A stretch of 31,388 bases of DNA from a virus (lineage: Duplodnaviria > Caudoviricetes), in IMG/VR virus record IMGVR_UViG_3300032335_000855, positions 1-31,388 of that record; one strand, 5' to 3'. The notes below the pieces were generated by a model. It saw only the letters and a list, made by a program, of their open reading frames with translations, did no database searches and was not told where the DNA came from. Within the stretch, counting starts at the first letter, position 1. The number at the start of each line of letters is the position of its first letter. Both the position numbers and the translations under genes were made by a program. Positions 24,253 through 31,388 of the stretch are shown here, piece by piece.

Positions 24253-25401
24253 TTAGCTTGCGCCACCCTTGAAGAATCCAATGTGGCTAGAAATCGTGAG
24301 TCCACCATCAACGCGAATGAGGCCCCTGTAGCTGGTCACATCGGTGTTGAAGTTGAAGTCAGTTGAACTAGCAACCTGAACGCCGCCAGCAACGCGTGCC
24401 TTGAACGATGGTAGGTGTCCGAATAGAACCGACTTAGCACCAGTAGCAACCGCTGGGATTTGTGGGTTTTCGTAAACCGAGTAACCAAGCAACTGAGCTG
24501 GCTGACCGTTTACAGCGTTGTCTAGCCAGATGTAGTTACCTGCGCCATCCTTTAGCTTGCGAGCAGCAGCGATACCGCTCTTAGCCATCATGAAGCCGAG
24601 TCCAGGTAGAACGCGTGCGCCATCAGCAATGCCGTAAACCAAGTCAATTAGGTTTTCGTAAGTAAACGCACCCGAAACACCAGTACCACCAGTAGTGACT
24701 GAACCAGCAGCAGCAACCAACTTGTCGGTTAGTGCGGTGTTAGCCTGTACACCCAGCGAAGTACCTAGCTGCTGAGCAATGTAGCTAGTGATGTTGAATC
24801 CAGCATCAGTAACCAACTCGTTTGCCAAGTTTACGATCGCGCCATACTTTACAGCGCCAAGAGTAATGCTTGAGAAAGTCGGGTTTGACTCTGCAACAGT
24901 ACCTGCCGCTGCAACTGAACCTGAAGTGCTGATTGCAGTTACGGTTGGGATTACTAGGTTTTCGCCTGATGCGGTGTTGAATACCTCAGAGGTCTGAAGC
25001 ATTGGGCCAACTAGGGTCGCAACCTGAAATACCTGGTCATAGAAAGAGGTCGGTACGGTGTTGCTCGATGGTGTGAGCGGTGCGCGAGTTTCGCGCATGA
25101 ATTCGTGCGAACGAACCTCACCGCGAGCAATAGCGCGAAGAACATCTGCCTCAGATGATGCTGGTGCAACTTCTGGTGCGAATGATCCGGCAGCCTCAGC
25201 AGCCTCAGCTGAACGCTGAGCAACTTTCTGAGCAGTAGCAATGGCAGCATCGCGCTGAGCAATATCAGCCTCGAGGCGGTCAATCTTTTGTGAGTCTTCA
25301 GCAGTTAGTCCGCCACGCTTTTCAGCGTCATCCAAAACTTCACGCATCTGTGAAATTAGGTTGTTGCGAACTTCAGCCTGACCCTTGATGAAATCAGACA
25401 T
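24253..25401 (-). CDS. HK97-fold major capsid protein
   Basis: Coiled-coil delta domain, VPTSF, LKDGAGNYIW, LLGYSV, RVDG. Confidence 0.95.
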   Translation of the reverse strand: MSDFIKGQAEVRNNLISQMREVLDDAEKRGGLTAEDSQKIDRLEADIAQRDAAIATAQKVAQRSAEAAEAAGSFAPEVAPASSEADVLRAIARGEVRSHEFMRETRAPLTPSSNTVPTSFYDQVFQVATLVGPMLQTSEVFNTASGENLVIPTVTAISTSGSVAAAGTVAESNPTFSSITLGAVKYGAIVNLANELVTDAGFNITSYIAQQLGTSLGVQANTALTDKLVAAAGSVTTGGTGVSGAFTYENLIDLVYGIADGARVLPGLGFMMAKSGIAAARKLKDGAGNYIWLDNAVNGQPAQLLGYSVYENPQIPAVATGAKSVLFGHLPSFKARVAGGVQVASSTDFNFNTDVTSYRGLIRVDGGLTISSHIGFFKGGAS

Positions 25402-25434
25402 GATTTCCTTTCAAATAGGTTAGATGAATTTTCT

Positions 25435-25477
25435 GCCGCGCTAACGCTGAACAGAGTTGGCCGCGCTAACGCTGAAC
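25435..25477. repeat. 18-bp perfect direct repeat in capsid leader
   Basis: GCCGCGCTAACGCTGAAC at 25435 and 25460. Confidence 0.9.
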
Positions 25478-25513
25478 CTAATAAAAGTTTAGCCACCGCA
25501 ATATAACAGCGGA

Positions 25514-25555
25514 AAGAAAAACCCTCTCGGCAAAAGGGTAAAAAGCCGAGAGGGT
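25514..25555 (-). terminator. intrinsic terminator before capsid gene
   Basis: ACCCUCUCGGC-13 nt loop-GCCGAGAGGGU then UUUUCUUU. Confidence 0.75.
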
Positions 25556-25569
25556 AAAACTCGAGAAAG

Positions 25570-25728
25570 TTAGCGAGTTTCTTTAGCCTCAGTAATCCGA
25601 ACTTCTTTAGCCGGTACTGAAGAATCTTTTAGCTCTTTGATTAGATCGGCAACCGGGCCAATAACAGGCGCACCAGCAACCTCATTGATTACCTTTACAG
25701 CGATCTCAATTTCTTCTTTAGTTGGCAT
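25570..25728 (-). CDS. small head-module protein (52 aa, MPTKEEIEIAVK...KETR)
   Basis: Hand-translated; TAATG coupling to protease stop. Confidence 0.7.
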   Translation of the reverse strand: MPTKEEIEIAVKVINEVAGAPVIGPVADLIKELKDSSVPAKEVRITEAKETR

Positions 25729-27605
25729 TACATTTCCTTTAGTAGTAGGTCGAGTTTCTTTTTCTTCAGCGCGAGAATGTCGCCCTGAACTTCTTGCACT
25801 TCTTCGGTCTTAGTTAGTTTTGCCACAACATCGGTAATGAGGGTCGCGTGAGATTCTTCTAACTCCTCGCCCGACTCCAGGCGCATGAGTGCATCAGCCA
25901 ACTGATCGGCATCGATGCCAGGTGCAGATGAGCGAACCGAGATCGTGCCGCTGGTAGCGGTATACGCTGGCCAAGAAACAACTGATGTTTCAAAAAGTCT
26001 GACCGCCTCAAGAGTGCGAACCTCGCCCTGCCACGAATCCTTGATAACAGAGAAACCAAAGCTCATAGAGTCAATAGTTTTAGAGCGAATCAGCTCAGCC
26101 ACATCGCGGCCTCGAGTGGTATTGGCTAGGGTAGCCTCAACGCGCAAACCAATCTCATCTTCAGTAAGTTTCAGAGTGCCACCACGAACCGATGCCAACG
26201 GCTCACCAGCATCGTGATTCCACAACAACTTGACCTCATTGCGCGACTGCAACGAACGCTTAAACGCACCAGGCGCGATTCGCTCGATGAACGGCAACGG
26301 CTCAGAGTCCGAATTGAAAACGGCGGCATAACCCGTAAACGCCATGCCATCAGCGGTTTCGCGAATCTCAAAATTAGTCGCGTGAATGCGCTGCTCTTGC
26401 TTGCTAGTCGAACGGCCCTCAGAGTCGCCGCCCTCGAGTTGATTCTTGATGCGCCAAGCAACATCAACCCATTTAGAACGCGTATTAGCAGTCATAGTTT
26501 CTCTTTCTTGCTCTGCCTCAATTCTAGCAACCACCGATTCTGCGAAAGCCATCGTGCGCTCAGCAGCTCTCTTAGTTGGGCCTGAACCCCAAAGTAAATG
26601 TGCGACAACACCGGCAGACGGATAGTTATCTGCACCAGGTTGAGCATCCGGCGCATCGAGGTCATCCATGTGCCTAGCGATCCAGGCAGCGATACGAATC
26701 CACTTATCATCGGTAACGCGGCCCTCAGCCATGTCGCGCGCCTCACGAATAGTGCGCTCAACCAAACCATCGCCACCCTGACCATCGGCATAGTACTCGA
26801 GGCCACGCCTAGCAGCCGCACGCATATAAGCCGGTGCATCCTGATTTATAGCCCGATCTTCAGGCACATCTGGCACATCCGCCGGCGCGATAGCGGTGAT
26901 GCCCAAACCTGAGTAAGCCTCACGAATGTCTGCACTATCATCCACCGCAACCATCACATTGTAAGTTTTCAACAAATCTTCAGCGGTAAGTTTCTTGAAC
27001 TCAGTCGAATCGGTATCGGCATCGGGTTTCATAATCAACTGGTCATAATCAATGTCCAAGTTTTCAAGCTCAGAAACCGTAGCCGTACGCTCAGACTCGA
27101 GGCGAGCCGTCACAATGATTATCTCGGTATCGTCAAAACTCTCGAGATAGGCATAAACCTTTTCATTACGATCGCCATCGAAAGTGATTAGCGTGCCATC
27201 AATGTCCGCGAGAACCGCCTGAGAGGTTGGATCAGAATCATCCATAGGCTCAGCCGATGGCAAATCAGCAATCTTAGTCAAATCGGCTAGAGGCACAACC
27301 GCAACCAAAAGCGACTCAACATAGACGCCATCTTCACCCTCATAAATTTTGACCTCAGCCTGATCGCCATCGATGCGGTAAATCTCGCCATAATAAGTTT
27401 CGCCACCGCGAACCCAAGTCACATAATCGCCAATCAACAGCGCGCGCTCACCCTCAAACGGCTCATCAGTCGCGATAGACAACGCAACAGCCTGATCGAT
27501 AGCCGACTGCTTACCAGCGTGGCAACCAAAAATCTCGCCGGCCGAATCAATAACAGCCCAGCCGCCAGCGCAACCCTCGCGGTCTTTAGCAATGAAGTAT
27601 GGCAT
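25728..27605 (-). CDS. HK97-type prohead protease fused to N-terminal domains including a HAD phosphatase
   Basis: C-terminal GYAAVFN, NHD, MSFGF, ETSVVSWPAY; HAD DIDGT/VTAR/K/DD at aa 134-223. Confidence 0.9.
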   Translation of the reverse strand: MPYFIAKDREGCAGGWAVIDSAGEIFGCHAGKQSAIDQAVALSIATDEPFEGERALLIGDYVTWVRGGETYYGEIYRIDGDQAEVKIYEGEDGVYVESLLVAVVPLADLTKIADLPSAEPMDDSDPTSQAVLADIDGTLITFDGDRNEKVYAYLESFDDTEIIIVTARLESERTATVSELENLDIDYDQLIMKPDADTDSTEFKKLTAEDLLKTYNVMVAVDDSADIREAYSGLGITAIAPADVPDVPEDRAINQDAPAYMRAAARRGLEYYADGQGGDGLVERTIREARDMAEGRVTDDKWIRIAAWIARHMDDLDAPDAQPGADNYPSAGVVAHLLWGSGPTKRAAERTMAFAESVVARIEAEQERETMTANTRSKWVDVAWRIKNQLEGGDSEGRSTSKQEQRIHATNFEIRETADGMAFTGYAAVFNSDSEPLPFIERIAPGAFKRSLQSRNEVKLLWNHDAGEPLASVRGGTLKLTEDEIGLRVEATLANTTRGRDVAELIRSKTIDSMSFGFSVIKDSWQGEVRTLEAVRLFETSVVSWPAYTATSGTISVRSSAPGIDADQLADALMRLESGEELEESHATLITDVVAKLTKTEEVQEVQGDILALKKKKLDLLLKEM

Positions 27606-27862
27606 TAATCAACTCGCATCCACGACAATTCGTGACTGCCTGATGCAGCAATCGCAAATAAGGCAGACAAAGGTGGCAAACTGATAGTCAAAGTCGAATT
27701 GGCGTGCAGATTGAAACCATCATCCTTAGTCACGCTGCTATTCCCCAAATAAATGGCGTTAGTGCCGCTGTTATGCAGAATAAGTTGATAAGGCGAATTG
27801 AATGTTCCGTCAATCTGCACCCGAGTTGTGCCAACGGTTACTTGCCCTGAACTTATCGGCAT
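27605..27862 (-). CDS. small beta-rich head-module protein
   Basis: LHNSGTNAIYLG; between portal and protease. Confidence 0.65.
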   Translation of the reverse strand: MPISSGQVTVGTTRVQIDGTFNSPYQLILHNSGTNAIYLGNSSVTKDDGFNLHANSTLTISLPPLSALFAIAASGSHELSWMRVD

Positions 27863-29190
27863 TAGTAAACCGCCGTTGGGTTTTCAGGGTCGATCATCGA
27901 TACCGGTTGCAACTGAGTCGATGGCACACCGGTGTGCGGAATCTCAGGCAGATTCAGGGCCGAAAGAGTTTCTTCAGGGCTGAAACCAACCTGGATCAGC
28001 ATCTGCGCCATCTTCACGCGCTTTTCATCCTCAATAACGGCGGTCTGCGCCAAGTCAATGTTGGCTAGTGGCACTCTAAACTGATCGCCATCGGCCACCG
28101 GCGACAAATCCTCGAGGCGGCGCACATCGTTTACCGACATGAAACCAGCCTGAGTACCGATACTGTATGAGGTCATACGCGACTGTAGATCGCCACGCAG
28201 CAACGCATTGAAGTTGAACTTGATGAAAGCCGATGGATTCGGTAGCAGCTTGCTATAACTCCACTCAATCTTCTCGAGGATGGGCCTAAGCGTGTGACTT
28301 ATGAACTGTAAGTTGTTATTCTCGACGCTGCTAAAACTTGATGAGCCTGGCACATCCATCATGTGCAACGGAATGTTGAACGCGCGAGCAATTTCCTCAA
28401 CCGCGAAACGGCGCGAGTCCAAGAACTGAGCCTGATCGTTAGGCACGCTAGTCGGGTTGTATTTTGCGCCACCCGACAACACACCAGTTTTGTGAGCTTT
28501 ACGCCAACCGCGATGGCGCGAGTCAAAGCCATCTACTAAATCGCGAGCCTGTTGCTGGGTGAGCGCACCAGGAAACTCAATCACGCCCTGAGTAGTCGCA
28601 CCCTGACCAAAGAATCTGGCCGCGTACGCTTGCAACGCAGTAGCAACGCCCAGCGCATCCTTGAGTTTGCTTACGCGCGAGATGCCAACCAAAGAGCCAG
28701 GCTCAGCCAAGTCAATGATGTGAATAATCTCATCGCTAGTAAGAGCCTTGCCCTCATTGCCGATAACAAAAGTTTTGCGGCCGATGCTATTGCGCTTTAC
28801 CTCAACGGTATTAGGGTCTAGCACAACCAGGTTTACAACCTCGCCGTTGTTGTCGCGAAATACGCGAGTGAATGAGTTGCCATGCACTAGCAACGATGTG
28901 ACTACCGCGCCGTAATGTGCCTGGCGAGTTGTATCAACATCGGGCTGATCTACCCAAGCCGGTCTAGGTCGCAACGGTCGGCGCTCACCATCCGAGCGAA
29001 TAAACGCATCACATGGCAGCGTAGAGATGGTGTCGCTGATAAGCGAAACCGCTGAAAAGAAAGCCACGATCTCGAAAGCGTTTTGGCCATTGATAGCAAC
29101 ACCAGCATTTGACTCAATGCCAGCCTCGATGCCCGATCCCCATACGGTTTGGAAACTTACAGCTCGCTGCTCGAAAAGATTATTTAGCAT
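27862..29190 (-). CDS. HK97-family portal protein
   Basis: LLVHGNSF, QFLDSR...EIARAFNIP, MSVNDVRRLEDL. Confidence 0.95.
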   Translation of the reverse strand: MLNNLFEQRAVSFQTVWGSGIEAGIESNAGVAINGQNAFEIVAFFSAVSLISDTISTLPCDAFIRSDGERRPLRPRPAWVDQPDVDTTRQAHYGAVVTSLLVHGNSFTRVFRDNNGEVVNLVVLDPNTVEVKRNSIGRKTFVIGNEGKALTSDEIIHIIDLAEPGSLVGISRVSKLKDALGVATALQAYAARFFGQGATTQGVIEFPGALTQQQARDLVDGFDSRHRGWRKAHKTGVLSGGAKYNPTSVPNDQAQFLDSRRFAVEEIARAFNIPLHMMDVPGSSSFSSVENNNLQFISHTLRPILEKIEWSYSKLLPNPSAFIKFNFNALLRGDLQSRMTSYSIGTQAGFMSVNDVRRLEDLSPVADGDQFRVPLANIDLAQTAVIEDEKRVKMAQMLIQVGFSPEETLSALNLPEIPHTGVPSTQLQPVSMIDPENPTAVY

Positions 29191-29330
29191 TATTTAGCGC
29201 CTCTTTCAATGGCCATACCGAAAAGCACCATACCAATACCTGCGACAACCAAACCAGCCGGCACAAACCAAAGCCCAACGCCAATGGCGACAACAGCCAC
29301 GCCGGTTGCTTGCATAATTGTTGCAATCAT
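29190..29330 (-). CDS. small membrane protein (46 aa) between terL and portal
   Basis: MIATIMQATGVAVVAIGVGLWFVPAGLVVAGIG...; TAATG coupling to portal. Confidence 0.7.
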   Translation of the reverse strand: MIATIMQATGVAVVAIGVGLWFVPAGLVVAGIGMVLFGMAIERGAK

Positions 29331-29340
29331 CTACACGCCT

Positions 29341-30855
29341 TTACATAAAGAACTCAGGTACAACCTGCGATTCTATTTTAGCCGATGCGCGGTCATAAGC
29401 AATCACCGCTGCAACGGCAGCATCGATTCGGCGGTTAGAGTTGCGGTTTTCTTTCACGATGCGCGGCCCTAGATTATCGATCTTGATTACCGCGTTAGTG
29501 AAGTGCCTGGCAACTAGCGGATCGCCATCATGAGTTAGACGGGCCTCAGTTACGGCATCGAAGAAACGGGCGCATGACTGAACCATACGGCGCGCCGATG
29601 TAGACGGATATTCAACGATGGGAATGCCCTGATCTTGCAACACCTCCATCGAGCGTTGCCAACGGAAAGGGTCGCACGCGACCTCGCGCACTTTGAAACG
29701 GCCACAAAACTTAGCAATCTCAAACTCGGCATCCTGAATGTCTACGCGCCATAAGTCATCAGCATCCACCGGCTTTTCCCAAGCCTTGACCAAAAAAATG
29801 TGCGCCGGTTTATCCTCAGTCGGAATAGAGCAGCCAACGATAACCGTTGTATCGCCACTAAATGACCCATCGAAACCCAAGATGTATTCGGCATCCGGGT
29901 CGAGCGGTTGTGGCTCGGCCAACGATTCCCAAACACCCGATGGCAACCAACTCATCTGCGAGCTAACCCATTGATTCAGGCGCTTAGTGCGAAACTCGGC
30001 CTCTGGTGTGCGCTTTACTGCAGACTCAAAATCCGCTTTAGAAACAATGTCGTCAAAACCTGGATTTGCAGATTCCCAAGTTTCAGGGTTGCGATGATCT
30101 GCCTCTGGCGCAGCTTCCCACCATGCCATAAAAAAATTCGGGTCATCAATTTCGCCAGTCGAAACTCGCTTGCCATAGTTGTATAGCGAATAGGCGATAG
30201 AGTCTTGCCCGGTCGAATCGGCTTTCACGCCAGCGGTTGTGATCGCGACCAGTTGCCCAATCTTGCCTCTGTTACCCATTGCGAGCGACATAACATCAAA
30301 CAATTCGCGGTTAGGTTGCGCGTGCAGCTCATCGATAATCACGCGGCTAGGGTTTAGACCCTCAGCGGCCCAACTCTCGGCGCTCATAACTTTCAGCACC
30401 GAGCCAGTTTCGGAAACAAACAAACTATCGCGATAAACCTGCACCATGTCTTTCAGCTCAGACTGCTCGACCATGCGCTTACACTCACCGAAGACAATGC
30501 GAGCCTGGTCGCGAGTCGCCGCGACAACGATGACCTCGCCACCATTGATGCCCTCGCCCAGTAGCGAATAGAGTCCGATCGCTGCACTCGAGAGCGCGCT
30601 CTTGCCATTCTTTCGCGGCATCCCAATCAGCGCCGTCTGAAACTGCAAACCGCCATCAGCATCGCGAGCATACAAATGAGCCAGCAACTCTTTCTGCCAG
30701 TCACGCAACGATAGTGATTCACCGGCTTTACCAGCGACACCATCTTTACCAACCGAGCCAAATGATTCAGCGAATAGGGCCGCAATGTCGCCATCACCGC
30801 GCCCAATCGACTCAGCATCAGCCGGCGTGATCCAGGCTGGCGGCCAACTAGCCAT
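29341..30855 (-). CDS. terL: terminase large subunit
   Basis: PRKNGKS Walker A, IIDELH Walker B, ITTAG, GFDGS, RIDAAVA. Confidence 0.95.
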   Translation of the reverse strand: MASWPPAWITPADAESIGRGDGDIAALFAESFGSVGKDGVAGKAGESLSLRDWQKELLAHLYARDADGGLQFQTALIGMPRKNGKSALSSAAIGLYSLLGEGINGGEVIVVAATRDQARIVFGECKRMVEQSELKDMVQVYRDSLFVSETGSVLKVMSAESWAAEGLNPSRVIIDELHAQPNRELFDVMSLAMGNRGKIGQLVAITTAGVKADSTGQDSIAYSLYNYGKRVSTGEIDDPNFFMAWWEAAPEADHRNPETWESANPGFDDIVSKADFESAVKRTPEAEFRTKRLNQWVSSQMSWLPSGVWESLAEPQPLDPDAEYILGFDGSFSGDTTVIVGCSIPTEDKPAHIFLVKAWEKPVDADDLWRVDIQDAEFEIAKFCGRFKVREVACDPFRWQRSMEVLQDQGIPIVEYPSTSARRMVQSCARFFDAVTEARLTHDGDPLVARHFTNAVIKIDNLGPRIVKENRNSNRRIDAAVAAVIAYDRASAKIESQVVPEFFM

Positions 30856-31291
30856 TCTTTTTGGCTTTCAACTCCATCAGCTCTTGCAACTTAGTTTTTG
30901 TCTTAGTGCTAATCAGCCCGAGCCTGGTGCGATCGGCTGGCGTGAATCCCAAGAGGCTCAGATTCTTTACAATCAAAACTTCAACATCGTTGAGCTGCTT
31001 AGTCATGTGCCATTGATCCGGGTTGGCCGCGACATACTCGCGCAGAGTTTCGCGGCGGTCAATCTGCTCGCAGATGAGCTGCACCAGTTGAGTATCAGTC
31101 TTGATACTTATCCACAATTCCCCAACACCGAAAATCGAATTCCAAAACTTTTCACCATGTTCGCCCAACGGTCGCAGCGGCTCGACATACCCATACTCGA
31201 GCGGCGCGATGCCGTCATTTGTGCGAATAGGCCGTTTGCCCGGATTGCCCTGTAGCAGCCTCAATTCAGCCGGCTTAGGTTGATTAGCCAT
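30848..31291 (-). CDS. terS: terminase small subunit (P27-like)
   Basis: PKPAELRLLQGNPGKRP and LGFTPADR motifs. Confidence 0.9.
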   Translation of the reverse strand: MANQPKPAELRLLQGNPGKRPIRTNDGIAPLEYGYVEPLRPLGEHGEKFWNSIFGVGELWISIKTDTQLVQLICEQIDRRETLREYVAANPDQWHMTKQLNDVEVLIVKNLSLLGFTPADRTRLGLISTKTKTKLQELMELKAKKNG

Positions 31292-31388
31292 AACCCAACA
31301 CCCAATCTCTCAAAGTCTGTTAGAGCGCCACACAGCGCGTTTAAAGCCTAACCCAGAAACTGCCCAACTGCGTATGTGTATGAAAAAG

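Noticed and set aside
25435-25477. CRISPR mini-array
   Set aside because: Only two 18-bp repeats with a 7-nt spacer and no cas genes.

Overview
A near-complete (~31.4 kb) HK97-like siphovirus genome, encoded almost entirely on the minus strand and apparently opened between the packaging HNH gene (left end) and terS (right end). WhiB and RecA-NDp/PafBC-type promoters point to an actinobacterial host; moderate GC and gene content suggest a small freshwater Microbacteriaceae host (inference). Right to left: terS, terL, portal, a multidomain prohead-protease polyprotein, major capsid, a GT4/GT2/cytidylyltransferase module, head-tail and tail genes with a -1 frameshifted chaperone, an inverted two-gene cassette, tape measure, tail-tip paralogues, lysis (M23), whiB (+), YqaJ exonuclease/SSAP, a replication initiator with iterons, DnaB, SSB, RusA, small accessory genes, metallophosphoesterase, NlpC/P60 lipoprotein and HNH. 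No integrase or repressor was recognised. The most striking element is a ~80-nt RNA at 1696-1777 (-) that reproduces the tRNA-like domain of tmRNA (G3.U70, stemless D-loop, T-arm) but has no mRNA-like domain. Also notable: a HAD phosphatase inside the protease polyprotein with R|A/S sites at domain borders, PafBC-type promoters, and hairpin loops antisense to phage ribosome-binding sites. All calls come from motif recognition by eye; no searches were run.
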